A DNA stretch of 64,000 bases from NCBI GenBank assembly GCA_965205655.1, contig CBDBIJ010000029.1, forward strand, positions 32,001 to 96,000. Reading direction: 5' to 3'. The notes under the pieces are model-generated. The model was not told where the DNA came from. It saw nothing but the letters and a program-made list of their open reading frames with translations, and made no database searches. This document shows positions 1 to 8,994 of the stretch, piece by piece (position 1 is the first letter of the stretch; each line of letters begins with the position of its first letter). Both the position numbers and the translations under genes were made by a program. The DNA comes from Candidatus Latescibacterota bacterium (GTDB lineage: Bacteria > Latescibacterota > UBA2968 > UBA8231).

Positions 1-1
1 C

Positions 2-118
2 CGCGGCGAGCTCGAGCCGTCGAAAGCGGACGTCGACCGCCTGGAGAGGGAGTACGACGAAGTCCAGCGCGAGGTCGATGAGGAGGCAGCAAAGCAGCGA
101 CCGCCCGATCAATCGTAG
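2..118 (+). CDS. 3' end of an unidentified CDS (partial)
   Basis: Open frame RGELEPSKADVDRLEREYDEVQREVDEEAAKQRPPDQS*, TAG at 116-118, coiled-coil-like composition. Confidence 0.5.
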   Translation, partial: RGELEPSKADVDRLEREYDEVQREVDEEAAKQRPPDQS

Positions 119-136
119 CGCGGCAGATGAATTAGC

Positions 137-165
137 TTGACAAGCAGTTTAAGAGGTTTTACTTT
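137..165 (+). promoter_or_regulatory. sigma70-type promoter of the lipoprotein gene
   Basis: TTGACA (137-142), 17 nt, TACTTT (160-165) in an AT-rich intergenic region; GGAGG RBS at 208-212. Confidence 0.65.
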
Positions 166-219
166 GTTTTTATTCTATTTAGGGCTATTCTTCGCACCAG
201 AAATTTTGGAGGTCAGGAC

Positions 220-846
220 ATGAAAGGTCGGTTCATGCCCCTCGTCGGCGGGCTGCTGAGCGTCGCCCTTCTCGCATGCGGAGGCGATCCACCCAAGGCT
301 TCATTGGATGCGGCTGGCAAGGCGTTGCAGGATGCGAAAGCGGCAGGGGCTGAGAAGTATGCCGCGAGCCAGCTGTCGGCGGCTCAGGGCGTCTACGACA
401 AGGCCGAAGGTGCATACAACGCCGAGCTGGACAACTTTTTCAAGAGCTGGGATCAAGTAGTGCCTCTCTTAAACGAGGCGAAGAGCAAGGCTGACCAGGC
501 GAGGTCTGCCGCCACGCAGGCGAAGTCCAGGGCCAAGAGTGGCGCCGAGTCAGCCATCGCCGCGGCCTCGGGTTCGATCGACGGTGCCCGTGGCAGCCTC
601 GATGCCGCCCCCGCGGGGAAGGGCACGCAGGGAGATATCGATCAGTTGCGCTCCGATATAGGCGGCGCCGCGGCCGATCTTGGTGGCGCCAAATCTGCAG
701 CGGCCCGCGAGGATTACGAAGGGGCGACTTCAAAGGCGAACAACGCCAAGTCGGCCGCTGACAGGGTTTCTGACGGTGTCGCCGCGGCAGTAGCCGCCTA
801 CAGCGAACTGGTGGAGAAGAACACGCCCTGGTACATGAAGATGTAA
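220..846 (+). CDS. Ala-rich helical lipoprotein (DUF4398-like)
   Basis: Signal peptide with lipobox LLAC; 'A..AGAEKYA..L..A' DUF4398-like pattern; good RBS. Confidence 0.75.
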   Translation: MKGRFMPLVGGLLSVALLACGGDPPKASLDAAGKALQDAKAAGAEKYAASQLSAAQGVYDKAEGAYNAELDNFFKSWDQVVPLLNEAKSKADQARSAATQAKSRAKSGAESAIAAASGSIDGARGSLDAAPAGKGTQGDIDQLRSDIGGAAADLGGAKSAAAREDYEGATSKANNAKSAADRVSDGVAAAVAAYSELVEKNTPWYMKM

Positions 847-909
847 TACGACCTCCCATCGGGGAGCGAGGGGCGGCCTGATGGCCGAAGCCCTCGAAAA
901 GAAAGATCG

Positions 910-946
910 CGGCCGGTGAAGGGGAACCCTTCCCGGCCGTTTTTTC
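910..946 (+). terminator. Rho-independent terminator
   Basis: Stem cggccgg(t)gaaggg / cccttcccggccg followed by a T6 run; two further hairpins at about 853-896. Confidence 0.7.
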
Positions 947-958
947 GTAGCAACGACT

Positions 959-1558
959 ATGGAAACGCACTTGTGCCAGGTAGCACGAGCCACGTCGTGC
1001 CTGCTCCTGACGGCTTCATCGTTCGTCTCGGCTGGAAGTGACGATCTGCGAGCGCTGAAATCGGAGCGAGATCAACTCCTGGAGCGATTGAAGCGGGCCG
1101 AGCAAGAGACGCCCTACATCGTTATCGATACCCGGGACAACGAGTTGATCCTCAGGGATGCCGATCACCGCACCCTGCGCAACGCCGTGTGCGCCACCGG
1201 GGCTGCGCGCAAACTCGAGGGGCCGAAGACCTGGAAGCACAAGTGGGAGTTCTCCACTCCCACCGGCCGATTTTCGCTGCTGCGCAAGGTAGCCGACCCC
1301 ATATGGACGAAGCCAGAGTGGTTCTTCGTGGAGGCAAGCGAGGAGATCCCCATCTTCGCGGAGGACCCTCGGCGGTTTCAACGGGGAGTCCTCGGTGAAT
1401 ACGCTCTCTACTTCGCCAAGGACTACATGATTCACGGCACTCTCTACGAGATCAACCTTGGCAAGAGCATCACTCACGGCTGCGTCAGAGTGAGCTCGTC
1501 CGATCTCACCTACCTCTACCGCGAAGTGGATGTAGGCTGGCCGGTCTATATCTACTAG
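959..1558 (+). CDS. L,D-transpeptidase (YkuD family)
   Basis: Signal peptide; FSTPTGRF; catalytic IHGT...THGCVRV motif. Confidence 0.9.
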   Translation: METHLCQVARATSCLLLTASSFVSAGSDDLRALKSERDQLLERLKRAEQETPYIVIDTRDNELILRDADHRTLRNAVCATGAARKLEGPKTWKHKWEFSTPTGRFSLLRKVADPIWTKPEWFFVEASEEIPIFAEDPRRFQRGVLGEYALYFAKDYMIHGTLYEINLGKSITHGCVRVSSSDLTYLYREVDVGWPVYIY

Positions 1559-1562
1559 TGCC

Positions 1563-1742
1563 ATGCTGGCCCTATGGCTGGAAGACGCGGATCTGAGTCT
1601 CCTTCATCTGCCGGTACCGACACCACCTGAAAACGAGGCGCTGATTTACGAGCGCTACCCTCTTGGGCGCGCTCTGGAAGCCTTTTCAAAGGCGGCGGAG
1701 CCGGGAGCTCTCAAGGTTCTGCTCGATGTCGAGACGGAGTAG
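1563..1742 (+). pseudogene. 59-aa internally deleted remnant of a Zn-dependent alcohol dehydrogenase
   Basis: MLALWLED...LPVPTPPENEALI (MDR N-terminus) joined directly to YERYPLGRALEAFSKAAEPGALKVLL (MDR C-terminus); not in the ORF track. Confidence 0.6.
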
Positions 1743-1754
1743 GCGGACGTGAGA

Positions 1755-2354
1755 ATGGCACTCGCTACAAATCGACTGCTGCGGCTGCTCCTGTGGACCG
1801 TGTCGGCCGGCGCCATAGAGATGGCAGACCCCGCTCCGGCAGCGGGCGCCCAGGTCGCAACCGGCGTTGACGACGAGCTTCGGCGCGCCGGGCTGAAACG
1901 CATCAACGCGGCACTCAAAGTGTGGCTGCAGGCGATCGAGACTGAGTCGCCGTACCTTCTCCTCGACCGTGAAGAGGGTGTCCTGCATCTGCAGCAGGGC
2001 CGCGCCGTGCTACGCACCTGTCCGACTCTGCGCGATTCCGCGGGTCGAGCCCCGCCGGTTCGTCAGCTCCTCTCTCGTCATCTGCGGAGATACCGGCGCA
2101 GCCACCCCTACTCGCCGCCGCAGCCTGGACCGTTTGACTGGGAGTACTATCTGGTAGGGGAGGCGACAGTGGAGTGCGCCATTGCCTTCTCAGACGGTCT
2201 ACTGTTGCACGCGTCGGATCTGTGGAGAGAGACCAAGGCTCCGTTCGTCGAGATCGAGCCTGACGACGCCCGGGCGCTCTACAACGCGTTGAAACCGGAC
2301 ACCCCCCTCATCATTCTCCCGGCGGGCTGGCACGGGACTGGCGCGGCTCGATGA
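1755..2354 (+). CDS. secreted degenerate L,D-transpeptidase-like protein lacking the catalytic Cys
   Basis: ETESPYLLLDREEGVLHL and AIAFSDGLLLHAS...APFVEIEPDDARALYNALKPDTPLIIL parallel the YkuD protein at 959; HGC replaced by APF. Confidence 0.6.
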   Translation: MALATNRLLRLLLWTVSAGAIEMADPAPAAGAQVATGVDDELRRAGLKRINAALKVWLQAIETESPYLLLDREEGVLHLQQGRAVLRTCPTLRDSAGRAPPVRQLLSRHLRRYRRSHPYSPPQPGPFDWEYYLVGEATVECAIAFSDGLLLHASDLWRETKAPFVEIEPDDARALYNALKPDTPLIILPAGWHGTGAAR

Positions 2355-3697
2355 CGCAGTTGCGCGCAGGTTGGGCTGCTGCCGACATCACTCCCCACGT
2401 GGGCATTCACATGGGGGGGTACCTCGGCCGGACATCGGGCGCGACGGAGGTATCCGATCCGCTTGCGGCGCGGGCCCTCGTGTTTGCCGGGGACGTCGAC
2501 ACGATGGCGCTGCTGACCCTCGACCTCGTGGGACTGGACGCCGGCGACGTCGATAAGATCAGGCAGCGAGTGAGGGAGCAGTCGGGCATCCGGCCCGACG
2601 CTATCATGGTATGCTGCTCCCACACGCACGCCGGCCCTCTCAGCTTTCCATACCGCGGCATGGGTGAGATCGATGAGGCGTATCTCGAAAAGGTGAGAAG
2701 GATGGCAGCGACCGTCGTCGGTGACGCCGTTCGAAGGTTGCGGCCCGCCGCCGTGAGCTACGGCAAGGTGGCGGTCAGAATAGGGGTGAACCGTCGTGAG
2801 GACCTGAACGGGCGCGTCGTGATAGGGCGCAATCCGAGTGGGCCGGTGGCCGACCACGCCCACGTGGTCCGGGTTGAGTGCGACGACGGCGTCTGCATTC
2901 TCTTCAGCCACGCCTGTCACCCGAACGTGCTGGGCCCTGGCAATTGCGCCATAAGCGCCGATTTCGTCGGCGCGGCAATCGAGTATGTGGAGAGCCGGAC
3001 AGGGGCCATGGCGATGTTCGCAAACGGTGCGTGCGGCGATGTCAACCCCAGAATCAAGGGGGTCCGGGAAGGCGTGACCGAACTCGGCGCCGAGCTGGGC
3101 GCGGCGGTCGTGGCGGGTGCGCGAGAGGCTTGCCCGCTGATCGGTTGCGAACGACTGTCCTTTCGCAGTTCCATCCTGGATCTGCCGCTGATCGATCCAC
3201 CTCCGAGGGCACACACTGCGGCCGAGAAGCTGGTGCTGAAACTGCGGATGGGGCTGATGAAACTCGGTCGCGGAGATTACTGGTCGCAGCTGGCACTTCG
3301 GGGCCAGCTCGGGTGGGCCGAGCAGATGCTGGCCCTCGTTCACTCAGGCGGCGAGCGCACGCAACGTTTCGAAGTCCAGGGCCTCAAGCTCGGTTCAATG
3401 GTACTGCTGGGCATGGAGGGGGAGATGTTCGCGCGTTTCCAGCTCGAACTCGAAGGCGCCGCGCCCACACAGCCGACCATCCTGTGCGGCTACGCCAACG
3501 GCTGCATCGGCTACGTGCCGACGGCGGATGAATACGTCCGTGGCGGCTACGAGGTGGGCGCCGGCAACTACAACTTTCGGATCAACGCAGGTGTGGAGGC
3601 GTACCGCATCTACCCGAGCGTGCAGATGATCGCTCCGGAGAGCGAGCAGGTTATCGTAGAGGGGGCGCGATCGCTGCTGACCGCACTCTGTCGCTGA
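2351..3697 (+). CDS. neutral/alkaline ceramidase N-terminal-domain family metallohydrolase
   Basis: AADITP...MGGY, DPL.ARAL, CSHTHAGP, HACHP, ISADF, GACGDVNP, GYVPT...GGYE motifs. Confidence 0.85.
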   Translation: MTQLRAGWAAADITPHVGIHMGGYLGRTSGATEVSDPLAARALVFAGDVDTMALLTLDLVGLDAGDVDKIRQRVREQSGIRPDAIMVCCSHTHAGPLSFPYRGMGEIDEAYLEKVRRMAATVVGDAVRRLRPAAVSYGKVAVRIGVNRREDLNGRVVIGRNPSGPVADHAHVVRVECDDGVCILFSHACHPNVLGPGNCAISADFVGAAIEYVESRTGAMAMFANGACGDVNPRIKGVREGVTELGAELGAAVVAGAREACPLIGCERLSFRSSILDLPLIDPPPRAHTAAEKLVLKLRMGLMKLGRGDYWSQLALRGQLGWAEQMLALVHSGGERTQRFEVQGLKLGSMVLLGMEGEMFARFQLELEGAAPTQPTILCGYANGCIGYVPTADEYVRGGYEVGAGNYNFRINAGVEAYRIYPSVQMIAPESEQVIVEGARSLLTALCR

Positions 3698-3757
3698 GAC
3701 GGTCATGAGCCAGGCGCTTGCGAGCCGGCGCTCTGCCAGCGGGCATTCCGTCACTTC

Positions 3758-3934
3758 TCAATGAGCGTCAAAGAAGCGGGAGTCAGTACCGCCGGGGCCG
3801 ATCTTGACCTCGACGCGCTTGCCACAACTCGGGCAGCCGCCGGTATACGCGGTCTTTTCGCGGTTCATGTAGGCACGCGCGTAGACGTTGCAACACTTGT
3901 AGTGGACGCCGAGAAACTTTCGCTTTTTTTCCAC
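3758..3934 (-). CDS. small Zn-ribbon-like conserved hypothetical protein (58 aa)
   Basis: GTG start behind a GAGGGAG RBS; FLGVHYKCCNVYAR...CPSCGK...GPGGTDSRFF. Confidence 0.7.
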   Translation of the reverse strand: MEKKRKFLGVHYKCCNVYARAYMNREKTAYTGGCPSCGKRVEVKIGPGGTDSRFFDAH

Positions 3935-4076
3935 ATCTCCCTCTGTTCCATATATAGTCGCGGCCATTTTGAGCGTCAAGCGAGCGAGCGGATGCCCAGC
4001 AGACCGCAGAATCTTTTTGCCAAGACCATCGGCTTTTGGCATTATTTGGAAAAGAACACCCCAACAGAAGGTGAGC

Positions 4077-4835
4077 ATGTCCGAGCCTAGACAAGAGTCC
4101 AACCTACCCTCCGGCGCCCTTGCGGTCGATACCGCCGACGTTTCCAAGATTCCCGGACTGGCTTCAGAGCTGGAGGAGATGTACGAGCAGGTGCCATCCA
4201 CCTGCTGCGCCAATTCCGGGGAGTGCTGCGTCCTCACAGAGAAGGAAATCGAGGAGGGATACGCCACCATGTTCCCTCTGTATCGAGCCGAGTACGTCAA
4301 CATCGTCGACTACGTGCGCGCCAACTTCTCACAGGAGCGCCAACAACACCTTCTCAGTCTCACTTCCGAGCGGCCGCAGCGATGTCCCTTTCTCGCTCGT
4401 GACAATCGCTGCACCATCTATCCCGTGCGTCCGCTCATCTGCCGCACCTACGCCGTGATGAACGAGAACACTATCGCAGAGGCGGCCCAACGCCACAAAG
4501 GCGAGGTCCCCGAGCACTGGATCCGCAGCTTCGCGATGAGGGAGGGCAACATGGTTTGCCCGCGGGTAACCGTGTTGCAGCCGGAGAAACTCGTGCGCCA
4601 CGCCCACAACCTGCTGACGCTGACCTATGAGCGAACACTCACGAGGCTGAGCCGCAAAGTCGAACTGGCGACAGGCAACCGCAAAAAGCTCATCCGCGAC
4701 ACCATACGGCGGCGCTCCTGGCCCGTACGCTGGACCTGGGGAGGGTTCAATGCGCTCCGCTTTGCGCCGATCGATTGGCTGCAATCGACTCTGAAGTCGT
4801 ACTGGCAGCGCGCCGAGCTGAGTGAGGCCGACTGA
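4077..4835 (+). CDS. YkgJ-family (CxxCxxCC-type) cysteine cluster protein
   Basis: TCCANSGECC...CPFL...CTIYPVRPLICRTY motif. Confidence 0.8.
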   Translation: MSEPRQESNLPSGALAVDTADVSKIPGLASELEEMYEQVPSTCCANSGECCVLTEKEIEEGYATMFPLYRAEYVNIVDYVRANFSQERQQHLLSLTSERPQRCPFLARDNRCTIYPVRPLICRTYAVMNENTIAEAAQRHKGEVPEHWIRSFAMREGNMVCPRVTVLQPEKLVRHAHNLLTLTYERTLTRLSRKVELATGNRKKLIRDTIRRRSWPVRWTWGGFNALRFAPIDWLQSTLKSYWQRAELSEAD

Positions 4836-4849
4836 TTTCCCCCACCGCC

Positions 4850-5218
4850 ATGCAAAATATCCCGGTAGGTCAGGCGAGCATCGGCGATGTGATCGCCGAG
4901 CCCATCGTCAACGACGAGGGTCGCGTGTTGCTGCCGAAGGGCGCGAAGCTGTCGGCAGCCGTCCTGTCCAGACTTCAGGGGTGGGGGGTCCATCAGCTCA
5001 AAGTCGAGGGCGAGGAGGTCGTGGGCGAGGAGGTCGTGGGCGAGGAGGTCGTGGGCGAGGAGGTCGTGGGCGAGGAGGTCGTGGGCGAGGAGGGGGAGGC
5101 GACGGATTCTGCCGACCTGCTGGAAGAGCTCGAGCACCGCTTCGGCGACTGGGAGGGTGACGAGCTGATGATGGAGATCAAACGAATCGCCCAGGGTCAC
5201 CTGCGGCGACGAAGGTGA
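4850..5218 (+). CDS. HDOD-associated small protein resembling the N-terminal module of HD-GYP/HDOD proteins, with an acidic EEVVG repeat linker
   Basis: GDVIAEPI...GRVLLPKGAKL....SRL..WGV..L.VEG pattern; C-terminal LEHRF...D.LM. Confidence 0.7.
   Translation: MQNIPVGQASIGDVIAEPIVNDEGRVLLPKGAKLSAAVLSRLQGWGVHQLKVEGEEVVGEEVVGEEVVGEEVVGEEVVGEEGEATDSADLLEELEHRFGDWEGDELMMEIKRIAQGHLRRRR
5008..5093 (+). repeat. perfect 15-bp tandem repeat GGGCGAGGAGGTCGT, about 5.7 copies, in frame
   Basis: Units start at 5008, 5023, 5038, 5053 and 5068, with a partial unit at 5083. Confidence 0.95.
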
Positions 5219-5248
5219 GAGAGGAGTGGAAGGGGGGAGGCAATCCAC

Positions 5249-6109
5249 ATGGGTGAGGTACGCATTCGCAACACGACCCAAGACGAATCGGAATCGAAGA
5301 AGCGAGAGGTTCGCGCTCGCATCGAGCAGTCGAAGAACCTTCCCACGCTTCCGGATGTCGTCGTCCGCATCGTGGAGATGGTGGACAGTCCCCAGACAAC
5401 CGGACGCGAGCTGGCCGCAGAGATCGCCAAAGACCAGGTTGTCTCCGCCAAGGTTCTGAAGCTGGTCAACTCGGGGTTTTACGGGTTTTCGCAGCCGATT
5501 TCCACGATCCCTCACGCTGTGACCATGCTCGGCTTCGATGCGGTGAAAAGCCTCATCCTCAGTTCCTCAGTACTGGAAACAATGGACCAGGCCCTGCCCG
5601 GCCTGTGGCGACACTCGCTGGCGTGCGCTCGCACGAGCACCTTTATCGCCGAACACCTCGATCTGGCGGAGCCAGAGGAAATCGGGGTTGTGGGGCTGCT
5701 TCACGATCTGGGCAAAGTGATTCTGTATCAAACGCTCGAGGTCGAATTCGGCCAGGTATCGAGACGGGTCGACAAGAAGGACATGCTGTTCTACCTCGCA
5801 GAGAAGGAGGTGATGGGCTGCCACCACGCTGACATCGCCGGGTGGCTGCTCGAGAAATGGGCCCTGCCCGCCAAGGTCATCGAGCCGATCGCGGATCATC
5901 ACGATTTTCGTCCGAACCGCGACCACGCCCAGCGCACGGCGATCGTTCACTTCGCCGATGTTCTGGCGCGTGCTGAAGGGTTCGGCAGCGGGGCAGACCG
6001 CAAGATTCCGCGACTGGATCCCCGGGCGCTCGAAACTCTGTCGATGACGGTTGACGATGCAAAGGCGATAATGAACCGCATGAACGCGGAGCTCGCCGAC
6101 GCCATCTAA
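5249..6109 (+). CDS. HDOD domain protein
   Basis: LPTLP...D..SAKVLKLVNS.FYG, AV.MLGF, LW.HS, GLLHDLGK, W.LP...I..HH. Confidence 0.92.
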   Translation: MGEVRIRNTTQDESESKKREVRARIEQSKNLPTLPDVVVRIVEMVDSPQTTGRELAAEIAKDQVVSAKVLKLVNSGFYGFSQPISTIPHAVTMLGFDAVKSLILSSSVLETMDQALPGLWRHSLACARTSTFIAEHLDLAEPEEIGVVGLLHDLGKVILYQTLEVEFGQVSRRVDKKDMLFYLAEKEVMGCHHADIAGWLLEKWALPAKVIEPIADHHDFRPNRDHAQRTAIVHFADVLARAEGFGSGADRKIPRLDPRALETLSMTVDDAKAIMNRMNAELADAI

Positions 6110-6128
6110 GACACTCCTCAATACTTCC

Positions 6129-7205
6129 GTGGATTCACAGCTCTCATCATTCCCCATGCCGCTAATGGTCGTCAATGGCGCGCTTGAGGTAGTTGACTAC
6201 AGCTACCGGGTCCTGGCAGCTCTCGATCTGACTACCGACACCGGTGCGGGTGTCGACACAGAGGCCTGCGGGAGAGGGGGAGATGCGCGCGCCGATCTGA
6301 CCGGCTTCCTATCGGGCGACGCCGCGCTCGGCGACAATCTGGCGCTGGCCACAGCGAGGCTCACCAGGCCGGCCGATGAGGAGAGCTTCCGCTGGACGCG
6401 GCACGGACGCACCTACGACGTGACGATTTGCGCCCAGCAACAAGAGAATAGCTTCCTGGTAGTGTTCGCCGACACCACCGATCAGCTGATGACGGAGGAA
6501 ATTCAGCTGAACGCCCGGCACTACCTGGAGCAAGTCCTGGGCGACATTCCCGTCGGCGTGATTGTATTGAATGATCAACTGCGAATCACCTCAGTCAATC
6601 GCCACATGCTGGAGTTGCTGGGGCAGACGGGCGTCGAAATGGATCTCGTCGGCGCAATCGGCGCAACCCTGACCGAATCGCTGCCCCCCGACACTGGCGC
6701 GCGTCTGCGGGAAATGTGTGCGGACGTGCCGCGGACCGGCGAGCGCTCCGCGGGATGGGAGCACCAGCACTCCACCGCGGCCGGCGATTTGGTGCTCACT
6801 ACGGAGGTGACACCGCTGCGCGACCAGGCCTCAGGGGTGGTCGGAGCCATCGTTATTTCGAGCGACGTCACCGAGCGCCGGCGTTTGGAGCAGGAGCTGG
6901 TGCGCATGGAGAAGCTCGCCACTGTGGGTGAGATGGTGGTGACGGTGAATCACGAAATCAACAATCCTCTCAGCATTATCTCCACCAACGCCCAGGCTCT
7001 CAGACTACTGAATCGCGATCTCGACGAAAAAGCGACGAAGAAACTCCTCAGCATCGAAGAGCAGGTGAAGAGGATCTCGGAGGTGACGGAGCGATTGCGG
7101 TCGATGGACGAAGTCGCCTCTCAGGAGTACATAGCCGACGGCCCTCAGATGATCGACGTGTGGAAGCGCTCAGCCGCACAGGATGACGGGGAGGACGAGG
7201 AGTAG
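6129..7205 (+). CDS. PAS + HisKA protein lacking a HATPase domain
   Basis: PAS ending in SSDVTERR; H-box VTVNHEINNPL; protein ends about 80 aa later with no N/G1/F/G2 boxes. Confidence 0.8.
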   Translation: MDSQLSSFPMPLMVVNGALEVVDYSYRVLAALDLTTDTGAGVDTEACGRGGDARADLTGFLSGDAALGDNLALATARLTRPADEESFRWTRHGRTYDVTICAQQQENSFLVVFADTTDQLMTEEIQLNARHYLEQVLGDIPVGVIVLNDQLRITSVNRHMLELLGQTGVEMDLVGAIGATLTESLPPDTGARLREMCADVPRTGERSAGWEHQHSTAAGDLVLTTEVTPLRDQASGVVGAIVISSDVTERRRLEQELVRMEKLATVGEMVVTVNHEINNPLSIISTNAQALRLLNRDLDEKATKKLLSIEEQVKRISEVTERLRSMDEVASQEYIADGPQMIDVWKRSAAQDDGEDEE

Positions 7206-7759
7206 ATGATGGCGATCCTGAAGGATGGGCGCGTCGGCGGGAAATGAATCGCTTTCTCAGACTACTCAACCTGCGGCGCACGGAAATCCGGCGCCTGTCG
7301 CTTGCGGCCGCCATCTTCATCCTCGTTGCGGTCAACGATGGCATCGTCAAGAGCGTCGCCGCCGGTGTGTTCAATATCCGCGCCGGCGTGGATCGCCTCC
7401 CGGAGATGTACACGTGGATCGCCTGGCTGTTCTCGCTAACGATGATCCTGCTGTCGTACCTGTCGACGAAGGTGCAACGGCAGCGGCGGCTGCTCGGTTT
7501 TCTCGGTTTTCTCGGCTTCGTCCTGCTGATCAACACCATCGTCCTCTGGTTCGAGCATACGCGCTCGATCGATCTGACGGGGACGGGATTCTACCCGTTC
7601 CTGTTCGTATCCTCCGAGCTCGTGCGCAATATGGCGAACTTCCAGATCTGGATAGCCGCCGGCGGCATATGCTACACGTCGCGGGCGAAGGTGTCCAGCG
7701 CCCCAGGGTTTTCTTGGACACATTAGAGGGTCCACATGGACCTGAAAGGAGTGTTCGAG

Positions 7760-8089
7760 ATGACTAAGCAGAAGAAGGGTGTTCGGGTCGGCCGATTCTC
7801 CGCTCGTCGAAAGCAGGAGGCGGTGTTGCGCCTGCTGCGTGGGGAGGACCTGGAGGTCCTGTCCCGGGAGTTGGGTGTGATGGCAGCCACGCTGAGTGAG
7901 TGGCGCGAGCAGTTCCTGGGTGGGGGTGAGTCAGCTCTGCACAGCCGTACCCGTGATGAGCGGGATGAACAGATCGCCCGCCTGAAAGCGAAGGTGGGGG
8001 ATTTGACGATGGACAACGAGTTGCTGGAGTCCAAGATCCATCGCCTGGAGGATGGACTCCCTTTGGCATCCCGGAGGTCGAAGCGATGA
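7760..8089 (+). CDS. IS3-family OrfA (HTH)
   Basis: RFSARRKQEAVLRLLRGE...SRELGV....LSEWR; coiled coil; ATGA overlap with orfB. Confidence 0.9.
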   Translation: MTKQKKGVRVGRFSARRKQEAVLRLLRGEDLEVLSRELGVMAATLSEWREQFLGGGESALHSRTRDERDEQIARLKAKVGDLTMDNELLESKIHRLEDGLPLASRRSKR

Positions 8090-8994
8090 GCCAGACCCAG
8101 TCGCCCTCCAGGAAGCGGCCGTACAGGCTGCAGCGTGTGTGTCGGGTCTGGCAGTTTCCTCGCTCCACCGTCCACGAGCATCGGCGTCGGGCGGCTCTGC
8201 GTCCGGAGGAGCGTCTTGAGCGGAAGAAACGAGGTCCCCAAGGGCCGTGTACCGACGATGAGCTAGCTGAGAAGATTCGCGAGTTGCTGAAGGCGTCCCC
8301 CTTTCACGGGGAAGGCTACCGCAAGATGTGGGCCCAGCTGCGGGCGCAGGACATCCGCACCTCGAAGGAACGCGTACGCCGTGTGATGCGCGAGCACGGC
8401 CTGCAGGTGCCGCAACGCGCCGGCCAGCCAAGGGGCCCGCAAGCACACGACGGGACGATCACCACCGAGCGACCAGACCAGATGTGGGGAACCGACTTGA
8501 CCACCACCGTGACCACCGGCGAAGGCACAGCTACGGTCTTCGTGGCTGTCGACCACTGCAGCTCGGAGTGCATCGGCATTCATGCAGCGGCCACAGGCGA
8601 CCGTTTCGAGGCCCTGGAGCCGATCCACCAGGGAGTCCGCGAACACTTCGGCGGCGGCGACAAGGGTATCGCCGGGGGGCTGCAGCTGCGCCACGATCAT
8701 GGCTCTGCGTACATGTCCGACCACTTCCAGAAACAGATCGACTTCCTGGGCATCGAGTCGTCGCCCAGCTTCGTGCGTGCCCCGGAGGGCAATGGCTGCT
8801 CCGAGCGATTCATCCGCACCCTCAAGGAGAATCTCCTGTGGGTCCGATACTTTGCCACGGTCGAAGAGCTCCGTCTTGCCCTGCTCGAATTCAAGAGAGT
8901 CTACAACGAGAAGTGGCTCCTCGAGCGACACAACTATCAGACGCCAAACCAGGTGCGCCGGAGCTTCCAGCAGGAGTTGTCCAAGGCGGCCTGA
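8086..8994 (+). CDS. IS3-family OrfB DDE transposase (rve)
   Basis: GYRK.W, WGTD, DHGS.Y, EGNG.SERF.RTLKE. Confidence 0.92.
   Translation: MSQTQSPSRKRPYRLQRVCRVWQFPRSTVHEHRRRAALRPEERLERKKRGPQGPCTDDELAEKIRELLKASPFHGEGYRKMWAQLRAQDIRTSKERVRRVMREHGLQVPQRAGQPRGPQAHDGTITTERPDQMWGTDLTTTVTTGEGTATVFVAVDHCSSECIGIHAAATGDRFEALEPIHQGVREHFGGGDKGIAGGLQLRHDHGSAYMSDHFQKQIDFLGIESSPSFVRAPEGNGCSERFIRTLKENLLWVRYFATVEELRLALLEFKRVYNEKWLLERHNYQTPNQVRRSFQQELSKAA

Noticed and set aside
853..900. Hammerhead-like CTGATG...CGAA hairpins after the lipoprotein gene
   Set aside because: Lacks the CUGANGA/GAAA core and three-stem junction; better explained as 3' stem-loops.
5008..5093. Possible CRISPR array
   Set aside because: Head-to-tail 15-bp units without spacers, in frame within a CDS; no cas genes in the window.
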